Shown here: positions 36,286 through 44,879 of the stretch, piece after piece
How the letters are laid out: the number at the start of each line of letters is the position of its first letter
How positions within the stretch are numbered: position 1 is the first letter of the stretch
Source of the DNA: a virus
Virus record (IMG/VR): IMGVR_UViG_3300029825_000004
DNA: 64,000 nt
Strand: one strand, 5' to 3'
The notes under the pieces: generated by a model
Database searches by the model: none
The model's input: only the letters and a program-made list of their open reading frames with translations
Told to the model about the DNA's origin: nothing
Translations under genes and position numbers: made by a program

Positions 36286-38481
36286 CTATATCCAGTTTTT
36301 ATAATCATCTTTTATGGTCCGATAAAACGGTATAAATTCGTTTTTGCACCGCGTTATCGTACCTTCCTTATCTACATGCACTTCAATTATCCAGCCGCCC
36401 ACATGAGCAGCTATTCGTTTGCCCTTCATCCATGGGGTTTGAGCACAAGCAGTACCACACTCGAAAGCATGAATATTGCGATAAAAAAGATACATAGATT
36501 TATGATGATGTCCATTTAGCAAAATATTGGGTTTCTCGCCACCGCTCATAGAATCAATTAATTTCTGAATGGTGTATGATAAAGCGTAGGAATTATGGGA
36601 CCATGTAGACTTTCCATTTCTTCTAACTAGAATTAATTCATTAGGAACCTTACAACAATAAACCTTGCCATTATATAAAATCGTGGATGGTAGTTCGTTG
36701 ACAGTTGGTTTAGTTTGAATACTGCAAATATTTACCGTGTCTTTATGTTCGCTTACCGCATACCCGCATTTAACTGCCATTTCCATAAAATCGGTTCTGA
36801 GTTGTTTTGAGATACTTTTAAACCCAAATCCTTTATTATTTATCCAACCATCGCCACGAATCATAATATCAAGAATTTTTTTAAGATATGAAGTTGGTAA
36901 TTCCTTAATGAAACTAGGTAGATGTTTTTCACGCGAACCTTTTCCACAAATATTATGTATATGTTGAGCTAGTTCAACAGAATCAATAATAAAATCCTTA
37001 TTATCTCTACCTCTGATTCTATAATTAATACCCATCCTATCTAAAAGGTTAACGATCATTGCATGATTTTCTGGGTTTACTCGCTGACTCTGGCAAATGG
37101 AAAGACGTTTTTTCCCAACATATCCTTCAGTCACAAACCACGCAATAAATTCTATAAAATCATCAATAAAAAAGGCACCATAATGGTGCATTTTATCAGC
37201 CATACCCTTATTTTTACTTTCAATAAAAGGAATTTTTATTTCAGTGTTTTCAATTTTTCCTTTCCATTTATCGCATGAATTTGTAAATTGCCATCGCTGC
37301 CTACAATAATTATCATATATTTCTTGAGCAGTAACCCTTTTCCAATTGTAATCAACCTTAGAATGTGATTTTGAGGGCATTATAAGATGTTCTTTAAAAT
37401 TACTTTGCGCAGGATTTCTTCTTACCCATAAGCCATGATTAGGTGTAACCATTAAATCAACCGTACGACTTTTAAAATGAATCATATCCCCAGAATAATC
37501 CTGGATAGTAATTTCGGTCGGTTGCTGCCATTGAAACTCATGTTCAGATTTTGTCATAGTTGCCACAAAGTCGGATTGATTTAATTCGCTAAATAATTTC
37601 CATCCATCTTTAGTTAATATTTCGGTTTTATCATCAAAACAAGCCCCATCGAGAGGATGGTTAACTTCGATGGTACAATTAGGAGTAAGATTGATTTTTG
37701 CATTATAAATACCTAAATACTCCAAATCCTCTCGCTCTCTTGCAATAGCTTTACCAATATCATGCCCACCGGTTTTTATATGACTTGTGTCATGGTTTCC
37801 AAGTACAAACCTTGTCTTTATCCCTTTGCGATAAGGATGATTCTTGATTATGTAATTTGCTTGGTCGTCTGCTCCATGAACAAATATTTCATGCTCATGC
37901 CCAGCGCGCATCTTAAAACCATCGGATATGTCACCAGGGTCGTAAACTGTTCTTATTCCCTCTGCCTCAAATGTGTCATACAATTTATTTAATAGCGTCA
38001 GCTGTTGATATTTAGAGCAAAAATGCTTGTCCGACACTACTCCAAAGCGAATAATCTTATTACCGCTCCATGGTTCATCATGAATATTTTCTTGTAGCAC
38101 AACTGTGCGGCATAAATGCAAAATTCCATCCCGGTTCTCTATTGAATAACCCTGCTCTATTAAATCATCTATATAAGCCTGCATCACCCTTTGAGATACT
38201 TTAAAACTGTCGCTAAGAGCAGACAAGGCAATCTCTTTGTTTAGAGCTTTTAAAACCTGCTGGTGAACATCGGGACCGGAATCTTTTGCAGGCATAGAAA
38301 AAGCCGGATTATCATCTTTCCCGGCCTTTAATAACGAATCTATCTCTTTTTGGTTCCGCTGGACAAATCGCCTTAGGTTTCGTTCATCCATCCCTAGAAC
38401 TCTTGCCACCCCAGCTTTAGAACCTATCTGTTTATAATGTCTTGCATATATCTCCGGGGTAAGTTTCGGTTTTTTCCCCAT
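36286..38481 (-). CDS. Calcineurin-like metallophosphoesterase with N-terminal HTH, interrupted by an intein
   Basis: SDKH, GDISDG, GNHD, GHHH motifs; ATG at 38481 with AAGGAG RBS. Confidence 0.88.
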   Translation of the reverse strand: MGKKPKLTPEIYARHYKQIGSKAGVARVLGMDERNLRRFVQRNQKEIDSLLKAGKDDNPAFSMPAKDSGPDVHQQVLKALNKEIALSALSDSFKVSQRVMQAYIDDLIEQGYSIENRDGILHLCRTVVLQENIHDEPWSGNKIIRFGVVSDKHFCSKYQQLTLLNKLYDTFEAEGIRTVYDPGDISDGFKMRAGHEHEIFVHGADDQANYIIKNHPYRKGIKTRFVLGNHDTSHIKTGGHDIGKAIAREREDLEYLGIYNAKINLTPNCTIEVNHPLDGACFDDKTEILTKDGWKLFSELNQSDFVATMTKSEHEFQWQQPTEITIQDYSGDMIHFKSRTVDLMVTPNHGLWVRRNPAQSNFKEHLIMPSKSHSKVDYNWKRVTAQEIYDNYCRQRWQFTNSCDKWKGKIENTEIKIPFIESKNKGMADKMHHYGAFFIDDFIEFIAWFVTEGYVGKKRLSICQSQRVNPENHAMIVNLLDRMGINYRIRGRDNKDFIIDSVELAQHIHNICGKGSREKHLPSFIKELPTSYLKKILDIMIRGDGWINNKGFGFKSISKQLRTDFMEMAVKCGYAVSEHKDTVNICSIQTKPTVNELPSTILYNGKVYCCKVPNELILVRRNGKSTWSHNSYALSYTIQKLIDSMSGGEKPNILLNGHHHKSMYLFYRNIHAFECGTACAQTPWMKGKRIAAHVGGWIIEVHVDKEGTITRCKNEFIPFYRTIKDDYKNWI
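36592..37641 (-). mobile_element. Intein (350 aa) with LAGLIDADG-type homing endonuclease
   Basis: Starts CFDDKTEILT, block B VTPNH, FIAWFVTEG and MIRGDG motifs, ends KVYCCKVPN...SHN followed by Ser. Confidence 0.9.
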
Positions 38482-38565
38482 ATTATCTCTCCTTAAATTC
38501 TCCACATTCGCCACACCACCCGGCACTTTACCACTACTCCCCAAGGAGTTCCCAAAAGTGGAGAT

Positions 38566-38597
38566 AAAATATAAAAACCCCGCACTGACGGGGCTTA
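38566..38597 (-). terminator. Intrinsic terminator
   Basis: GCCCCG-TCAGTG-CGGGGG followed by TTTTTATATTTT. Confidence 0.55.
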
Positions 38598-38655
38598 ATC
38601 ACATATATTTTTTGTTTTTAAAATCCCGTATTGAAGGATGCTCGTCCATCAGGCA

Positions 38656-38748
38656 TCACCTGCCTATCCTTATACTGCCTATAGCTTCTGCTAGAGCCAA
38701 GGCAACGAAAAACGTCATCCACGGATGAGCTATACACCATTCTGCCAT
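38656..38748 (-). CDS. Very small hydrophobic protein (30 aa)
   Basis: AAGGTGGTGA RBS; MAEWCIAHPWMTFFVALALAEAIG. Confidence 0.45.
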   Translation of the reverse strand: MAEWCIAHPWMTFFVALALAEAIGSIRIGR

Positions 38749-38762
38749 TAGGCATCACCACC

Positions 38763-38891
38763 TTAATATCCTAGCCAGCATCGCCTTCCACGTTCGTCAA
38801 CTCCCATTAGCCAAAACCTGTTTCTAGTCCGCTTGACTTGCCAGCCTTTGGCTTTATAGATGAAATATTCTCTGCGGTTTATTGCTTTCAC
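38763..38891 (-). CDS. Small basic protein (42 aa)
   Basis: GGGAGG RBS, GTG start directly after kinase gene. Confidence 0.4.
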   Translation of the reverse strand: MKAINRREYFIYKAKGWQVKRTRNRFWLMGVDERGRRCWLGY

Positions 38892-38893
38892 AG

Positions 38894-39421
38894 TTAATCC
38901 TCCCTCACTATCGCTATTAACTGCCTCAAACTGGCACCTAAGTCCTTGTTTATGATGCAGTAATCAGCAATTTCTAAGTTATCAAATTCTCCAGAACGAA
39001 AGGCATGTCTTATCCTGTCGGCTATTGCATCTTCATCGTCGCCCCTGGCTCTCATTCGCTCTGCCGCCAGCTTGACAGGTACATAAACATAGATAATTTT
39101 AACCAAATCACCGTAAAGGTTCTTGAATTGCTCTGCACCGTGTTTATCAACTATAGTAAAGGCGCAAGTGCTAGAAGATAAAACTCGTTCAACCTCGCGC
39201 TTGCTGGTCCCGTACAAATTTAAATCGTACTTCGTCTGCTCCACCATTTCTATCTGAACAAAATCTTCATGCTTAACAAAATAGTAAGTCTTCCCTTGCG
39301 CTTCTCCCGGGCGCATTAAGCGGGTGGTGTGTGAAACGAGTTCAGGAATGTCTAATTCTTTGAGATATTGCGCCAGCGTAGTTTTGCCTGAACCGCTAGG
39401 GCCGAGAAGGGCGTATATCAT
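38894..39421 (-). CDS. gmk: Guanylate kinase-like nucleotide kinase
   Basis: GPSGSGKTT P-loop, SHTTR.MRPGE..GKTYYF, YGTS motifs. Confidence 0.9.
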   Translation of the reverse strand: MIYALLGPSGSGKTTLAQYLKELDIPELVSHTTRLMRPGEAQGKTYYFVKHEDFVQIEMVEQTKYDLNLYGTSKREVERVLSSSTCAFTIVDKHGAEQFKNLYGDLVKIIYVYVPVKLAAERMRARGDDEDAIADRIRHAFRSGEFDNLEIADYCIINKDLGASLRQLIAIVRED

Positions 39422-39657
39422 TTGGCAGTCACCGCCTCTGGCAATTTTTTAATTTCCTCCAACACTTCTTGAATGTTGTAGCCCAAAACGAGATAATAAT
39501 TTCCAAGTTGGTTATTGTCATCCTTAATTCTTACTGTCCACCCACCATCTGGCCCGCACATCTCCATTGCAATACCAATTGGCTCCCATATGATTTCTTC
39601 TGCCTCCCAACCTTTTTCTTTTAAAGCTTTAGCGATTTTATCTGTATTCCTGCTCAT
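39418..39657 (-). CDS. Hypothetical protein
   Basis: ATG at 39657, GGGTGAGG RBS. Confidence 0.55.
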   Translation of the reverse strand: MSRNTDKIAKALKEKGWEAEEIIWEPIGIAMEMCGPDGGWTVRIKDDNNQLGNYYLVLGYNIQEVLEEIKKLPEAVTAK

Positions 39658-40007
39658 TCCCTCACCCCGCAATCAGGCACATCATCAAGGCTGTAAAATA
39701 TCTGTAAGCCCAACTCTTTAGCATGTTCTTGCTCTATATCTGCACCCTTTGAACTACCGATAAAATACAGGGCATCACATTTCTCCAAAAAAGCTAAATC
39801 CATATCTATATAGCTCTGCCAATCAAAGTTATAGCCCATCAGTTTAGCAACTTCGTCAAATTCATCATACAAATGCGGAATAATTGGATAATGCCCTTTG
39901 GCTCGAATCGCTATGCCAGCTTTTACGGCAACCAAGACGTTACCCCATCGCTCCTCTATTGTTAAAGCTGAATATGGACCGCTTACGAATATCATTAATG
40001 GTTTCAT
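39654..40007 (-). CDS. DUF4406 / nucleoside 2-deoxyribosyltransferase-like protein
   Basis: IFVSGPYS, GHYPIIPH, FLEKCDALY, SKGADIE motifs. Confidence 0.75.
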   Translation of the reverse strand: MKPLMIFVSGPYSALTIEERWGNVLVAVKAGIAIRAKGHYPIIPHLYDEFDEVAKLMGYNFDWQSYIDMDLAFLEKCDALYFIGSSKGADIEQEHAKELGLQIFYSLDDVPDCGVRE

Positions 40008-40018
40008 TAGAACCCTCC

Positions 40019-40663
40019 TTAACCGAATAAACTCATTTGCTCTCCATAAAAACAACCCGGCACTTCTGCACCGGATTTTAAACTTCCCCATTGTTCTGCC
40101 ATAGCATCAGCTATGCCTTGAAAGGTCCTTGCTCTGTTTTTTTGCCTGTCTTTACCACCCTTATTAAACCAATTGCCAGGGACCTTTGTACTTTGAGCAG
40201 ACTCAACCATATTGGTCGGCTCCAAAAGGGGTAAGTTTTTTAACCACAAACAAGTCTTTTTCTGAAATGGCTCGCCGAAATAATACGGTTGAATTATTTG
40301 CGTATACGGCGGCAAACCATACACCTTGCTAGGTATAGGGTTTTCAACTGCTATAAAAGGAATATCTGCATCATATAAAGCCATAAAAAACTCTTTAGCA
40401 TCTAATCCTTTTTTAAGCCTATCGGTGTTTAAAACGCCTTTAGGATACAGGTGCTTGGCCCCCGCATTACTTAAATAAGTACATGGTGGGTGAGCTATCA
40501 TTAAATCCCAACCATCATTTAATATTCTCAATACGTCTCCTTGAATATGATAAGTAGGGTCAGCATCGGTTGGGGAAATGTCGCAACTCCAAGCGTCATG
40601 CCCACCCCGTCTGAAGGCATCGCGAACAACACCGCTATATTCACAAGCAACTAAAACCTTCAA
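40019..40663 (-). CDS. Compact C5-cytosine methyltransferase-like protein
   Basis: VLVACEYSG (motif I-like), AHPPC (catalytic PC), VENP (motif VI-like); no large TRD. Confidence 0.75.
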   Translation of the reverse strand: MKVLVACEYSGVVRDAFRRGGHDAWSCDISPTDADPTYHIQGDVLRILNDGWDLMIAHPPCTYLSNAGAKHLYPKGVLNTDRLKKGLDAKEFFMALYDADIPFIAVENPIPSKVYGLPPYTQIIQPYYFGEPFQKKTCLWLKNLPLLEPTNMVESAQSTKVPGNWFNKGGKDRQKNRARTFQGIADAMAEQWGSLKSGAEVPGCFYGEQMSLFG

Positions 40664-40770
40664 TCCAAACACCTGCCTTTCAGTGTCTGCCTGCAAATAA
40701 CAAAAGGCTTATATCAGGCAGTAGGCATCTGCTTTTCGGGAGCTACCCTAGATATAAGCCCTGTATTAAC

Positions 40771-40947
40771 TTAAAAACCTAACTTCCGTTTAACTCTCTC
40801 CCAAAAGGAAACGTTCCTCTCAACTATCACAACCACCGGCTCTCCGGCTTCCGTCTTGGCTTCAATAAACTCCTGCAAGTCCAACAACAACTGCTCATAG
40901 TCTCGCTGCTCTCGCTTATCCAAAAGGGAAATGATTTTATCCTTCAT
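40771..40947 (-). CDS. Hypothetical protein
   Basis: GAGGTGA RBS, ATG at 40947. Confidence 0.5.
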   Translation of the reverse strand: MKDKIISLLDKREQRDYEQLLLDLQEFIEAKTEAGEPVVVIVERNVSFWERVKRKLGF

Positions 40948-40961
40948 GAAATCACCTCTGC

Positions 40962-41837
40962 CTATTTGCGGTAATCCTCCCACCAAACAGAGTTGAAAAC
41001 CGCTTTCATGTCAACATATCGCGTTAAGTCCGTTTCCTCTTTTGGTATTTCTCTGCCTTCCGGTGGTTGATATGGTTGGACAAAAGGCTTAATGCCTATG
41101 CCTTTTAAAAACCGTATCCGCTGAATTGCATCCTCTATCTCCCCTGGTTTCAACAGAACATAGCATGAATAGTCCCTTGGACGTGCGTTATACCAACGAA
41201 GTAACTCAACCGCTTTATGAACGTATTTCATCTGTCCAGCAGTATCACAAGCTAAACGAATTGGCTTCCACCATTTCACCCTTGAGAGTAGCTTGGCTAT
41301 CGAATCATCAACTAATCTGGAATCAAGCCCCTGGTTAAAATCAACCTTAACGCCCATCTTCGCTATTTTCTCAATTTGTTTTATGCCCCAATCATGAGCT
41401 AGTACGTTGTTATCCATTAACAAAACCTTGTCGTGTCGGCAAAAGTCCTCTATGTCGGCATACGGGCGAATATCACCTTCCTTATGAGGCACGAAGCACC
41501 ACGGGCATTTATTCGGACAACCGCGAGTTAGAAAACCTAAAGAGTAGTCCATATCGGGATACAACTTATAATCGGGACATATGGAATCTATTTCGGATGG
41601 CAACTGCAAATCTATGTTGTAACCTGTACCGCCCTTAATAATCTCGACATTATCAGGAAAGTAATTGTAGTCGGATGTGAAAGTAAATACCTTGCTGGCA
41701 TAAATGCGATCTGGCTTGCCGCCAAATAAAGGGTCATAAAAAAATACCGAATCACCTTTGCTTTTGTGGTAACTCGATATTTTCATCAACGCTAAATTAG
41801 GCATCTTGGAATCAACGTCTATTAGCCCAATTCCCAT
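40962..41837 (-). CDS. Radical SAM protein
   Basis: CPNKCPWC CxxxCxxC motif, N-terminal PNLALMKIS domain. Confidence 0.88.
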   Translation of the reverse strand: MGIGLIDVDSKMPNLALMKISSYHKSKGDSVFFYDPLFGGKPDRIYASKVFTFTSDYNYFPDNVEIIKGGTGYNIDLQLPSEIDSICPDYKLYPDMDYSLGFLTRGCPNKCPWCFVPHKEGDIRPYADIEDFCRHDKVLLMDNNVLAHDWGIKQIEKIAKMGVKVDFNQGLDSRLVDDSIAKLLSRVKWWKPIRLACDTAGQMKYVHKAVELLRWYNARPRDYSCYVLLKPGEIEDAIQRIRFLKGIGIKPFVQPYQPPEGREIPKEETDLTRYVDMKAVFNSVWWEDYRK

Positions 41838-41851
41838 TCAATCACCTGCCT

Positions 41852-41880
41852 AAAAATAAAAAAAACACTCCAAAGAGTGC
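41852..41880 (-). terminator. Intrinsic terminator
   Basis: GCACTC-TTTG-GAGTGT followed by long T-run. Confidence 0.6.
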
Positions 41881-41945
41881 CAAAATCCCGCGAAAATATA
41901 AAACTAACTTCAATTCCCCAAACATAGGGGTACGGCTTCGTAGAT

Positions 41946-42293
41946 TTACTTAAGTAGCTTAACCATTATCCCATTAGCCTTGCCCACATTCTTCCTACGA
42001 TGATATTCCCAATCTTTCCGATACTTTAAGAACGGCTCAACTTTGGTTCTGCTATTCAACGCCAAACACAACACGCCACAAAGAAATAATTTAGCCGCTC
42101 TACTCACCTGAGCCTTGCGCTTAACCGTATTAATCTGCACACAACTCTCTAGCATGCCTTCAAGGATTAGATTAGCTGCGCCGATATTAAGTTCGGCATC
42201 AATAATCCTATCGGGCAGCAACACCTCATCTGCCTTTAAAATGTCACGGATCTCATCGTGGTAGTTCTCTCTTAGATATTCTTTAATGAGCAT
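41946..42293 (-). CDS. Paralogue of the head-tail adaptor
   Basis: Y..IR..L....LLPD..I and C.VLC..L..R.K...DW pattern shared with 28053-28466. Confidence 0.55.
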   Translation of the reverse strand: MLIKEYLRENYHDEIRDILKADEVLLPDRIIDAELNIGAANLILEGMLESCVQINTVKRKAQVSRAAKLFLCGVLCLALNSRTKVEPFLKYRKDWEYHRRKNVGKANGIMVKLLK

Positions 42294-42294
42294 G

Positions 42295-42513
42295 TTAAAC
42301 CTCCATTGAATTTATTAGCTTGGCATATCGCTTATCGGTTAAATAACCCATTCTATGCAATATCTCTATCTGCTCTTTACTTAATCCCTTCGCGTGATAC
42401 CAAAAGAACAAGAAAACAGGGGAATATAATCTTTTATACCACCAATGACTGCGATACCAACAACAAAAAGCATAGAAAGTATCATCTAGTAAACTGCCTA
42501 TGGATTCGAACAT
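42295..42513 (-). CDS. Hypothetical aromatic-rich protein
   Basis: 72 aa, GGAGGG RBS. Confidence 0.5.
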   Translation of the reverse strand: MFESIGSLLDDTFYAFCCWYRSHWWYKRLYSPVFLFFWYHAKGLSKEQIEILHRMGYLTDKRYAKLINSMEV

Positions 42514-42557
42514 AAAATCCCTCCTAAATTGAATTGTCTGACAACTTCAAAAACCTG

Positions 42558-42749
42558 CTACGAATTATGAATGTGCCTTTTGCTGCCCCGCTGACACGCC
42601 CGGCATAGACAGAAGCGGCCCCCCCCTACCCTGTATAACCTGCTATGGCCTAGCCTGAAGGGACAAGAGCCAACCAACTCCAGGCAAAAGATCAAAACGG
42701 TACTAATGCTGCAAGTTTTAAACGTCTGTATATTGGGCATAGCAAACAT
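42558..42749 (-). CDS. Possible small Cys-rich protein
   Basis: CPF...FCLCRAC motif; weak RBS. Confidence 0.3.
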   Translation of the reverse strand: MFAMPNIQTFKTCSISTVLIFCLELVGSCPFRLGHSRLYRVGGGRFCLCRACQRGSKRHIHNS

Positions 42750-42813
42750 TAATACCTAAACTATAGCAATCTCGGTACTAATACTGAGGCAATTGGGCAA
42801 CCTATAATAAGCC

Positions 42814-43221
42814 CTAACTCTCGCCCTTGCGGCTGTCTAATAGCTCTCTTAAACTCGGACCTGCATCTATGGTCTGGTGGACGTTGACCGTGGCCGTAGG
42901 TTGGTATATGCCGGCAAGCTCAAGTAGCATCTTAATAGCTGCTGTATCACCCATGGCCGCTTGCGCGTTAAGAGCCTGTGATGCAGGAGCCGCGCCGGAT
43001 AGTAGCATGGTCTGGCATAGCTCTGTATAAGCCTTTTTAAAGCTCTCATCCTTAAATAAGGCATAGTATGTAGTCCTTGATATATTGGCAATCTCGCATT
43101 GCTTTGTTATATTCATAGTCCGGCATTCCGGCCGGGTAACCACTTCTAGGAGACGGATTGCCGCATCGGTCAGGTCGTTCTTGGCGGCTACAATGTCAAT
43201 TTTATGCGTTAAGTCACTCAT
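42814..43221 (-). CDS. terS: Terminase small subunit (phBC6A51-like HTH)
   Basis: ITKQCEIANISRTTYY HTH, GDTAAIKMLLELAG motif; first gene of late operon. Confidence 0.7.
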   Translation of the reverse strand: MSDLTHKIDIVAAKNDLTDAAIRLLEVVTRPECRTMNITKQCEIANISRTTYYALFKDESFKKAYTELCQTMLLSGAAPASQALNAQAAMGDTAAIKMLLELAGIYQPTATVNVHQTIDAGPSLRELLDSRKGES

Positions 43222-43419
43222 AGTATCACATCCTCATTCGTTCAGTATAGCCGGGAGGTTGACTGGCTTTTTCGTACTGCATAATTATTCATTCTCCTGT
43301 ATATTTATTCATTGTACTTCCTTATTTGATTACTTACATTTCTAATATGACACACAATGAAATATATATGACGCACATTGAACCTTAACATTGTTAATTG
43401 TGCTATACTATTTGCTTAA

Positions 43420-43662
43420 TCTTACACGCTAATTAAAAAACGACTCTTACACGCTGATCGTTTGGTTATGCCAAACGAGTTTTATTAGCGACAGGAGTTA
43501 TTACTTTTTGCCTTGAGGGGACCCTTAATCTTATATATCTAAGAAGCATTTAACGAGGTAAAATCGATTTGCGCCTTACGGCATCCGAGGATTGGGGCTA
43601 TTTTTTTACAGTACAAAAATGCACTTTTTTAGGGTCAGAAAAGTACAAATTTGCACTTTTTT
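43420..43662. repeat. Two pairs of direct repeats in AT-rich intergenic region
   Basis: TCTTACACGCT at 43420 and 43445; AGTACAAA(AA/TT)TGCACTTTTTT at 43610 and 43642. Confidence 0.75.
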
Positions 43663-44192
43663 TAAACCGTGTATTCCTCTTCTGGTTCTTCTAGCGTTGT
43701 TGCCGTATTAAAGGTGTTTATAAGACTTGCGCCAGGGGTTTTCCCATTAAGCGCGAATTGAGGGTTAATCACAAGGCCTCTTTTTTTATCGTTGGCTAGG
43801 TAGGCTAAAATCTTCTTTTCCATCAGTCCGGCAACCGCTTTTCTTCTGGCTCTTGGCTCCAGTCCGGTTATTTTTTCTATATCCGCCCAAGATAACGGCT
43901 GTTTTTTAATGCCGAGCGTAACGCCGTCGCCCACAAGTAAATTAGACTCCCAGTCCATATAGGGCAACACCGATAACAAGAATATCTTTTCTGGCCCCGT
44001 GAGGGTTTTAAGCTTTCTCTTAATTTCGAGCCGACTATTTATTTTAATATGTTTAGTCCGGCTTTCTTTCCCTCTAGGGTTCCATGTGCCTACGAGCTCT
44101 TCGGGTTTGCGTTCTATTGTATCGCGATACAATATCTCTCCTGTATCCGGGTTAACAACTCTTTTAGATTCAATGATATTATTCTTTTTCAA
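43662..44192 (-). CDS. RepL-like winged-helix replication/maintenance protein
   Basis: VVNPDTGEIL N-terminus, LSWADIEKITG...LMEKKIL HTH, INPQFALNG motif; TTG start at 44192. Confidence 0.55.
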   Translation of the reverse strand: MKKNNIIESKRVVNPDTGEILYRDTIERKPEELVGTWNPRGKESRTKHIKINSRLEIKRKLKTLTGPEKIFLLSVLPYMDWESNLLVGDGVTLGIKKQPLSWADIEKITGLEPRARRKAVAGLMEKKILAYLANDKKRGLVINPQFALNGKTPGASLINTFNTATTLEEPEEEYTV

Positions 44193-44481
44193 TTTTCCAC
44201 CGCCTTCCCAAAACACCGCCAATAAATAAAGGTTTGCCCGTGTCCGCACAACTGGCGGTGTGTAGTCCGTGCTTTCGGTCGGCCAAACCTAGACACGGGC
44301 ATATAAAAAGCCCGGATTCCTCCGAGCTGATTATCAAACTAAGTTTTAAGTTTTTTGCGACTGTATAATTTTGCTACCATAAAGATAACACATCTAAATA
44401 CATATAAATAGGGCACTAAGGGTGCAAAATCGTATCAAAACCGTATCATTTTTGGATTTTGGGCTGATCTGAGCGGGCGTC

Positions 44482-44510
44482 TTGCGGGTAGTTATCTTTT
44501 TTGCTATCCT
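44482..44510 (+). promoter_or_regulatory. Sigma-A-like promoter with GGTAGTTA half-site
   Basis: TTGCGG-N17-TATCCT upstream of RHH gene. Confidence 0.45.
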
Positions 44511-44542
44511 AGAGATAGGTTTTAAAAGGAGTGATAAATAAC

Positions 44543-44719
44543 ATGCCCAACAAGTACAAAGAGGGTACTAAAGCAATTTTAGTACGGATGCCGCAAGAGG
44601 ATAAAGAGCGAGTGGACCGGGCGGCAAAAGCCATAGGCACTACGACTACCGAGTTAGCGCGGCAAGCTATTTTTGATCGGGTGACCATGATAGAGCGGCT
44701 GCAAGGCGATAGCAAGTAG
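44543..44719 (+). CDS. Ribbon-helix-helix (CopG/Arc-like) regulator
   Basis: KAILVRMPQEDKERVDRAAKAIGTTTTELARQAI RHH pattern. Confidence 0.75.
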   Translation: MPNKYKEGTKAILVRMPQEDKERVDRAAKAIGTTTTELARQAIFDRVTMIERLQGDSK

Positions 44720-44844
44720 GTGCTTGTATTGCCCGTATGTCGGGCATCGTGGCTTTAGGTATATTTGGCGATTAATGCCGGTATGTATCGCCGGTTTTTG
44801 GGGATGCGTTGCATGTTTTCCTGCGTAATTTGCACAAAAAATGC

Positions 44845-44873
44845 TTGACGGTAGTTAACTACCATGGTATACT
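44845..44873 (+). promoter_or_regulatory. Strong sigma-A promoter with palindromic operator
   Basis: TTGACG-N17-TATACT; perfect palindrome GGTAGTTAACTACC at 44850-44863. Confidence 0.8.
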
Positions 44874-44879
44874 AGTATC

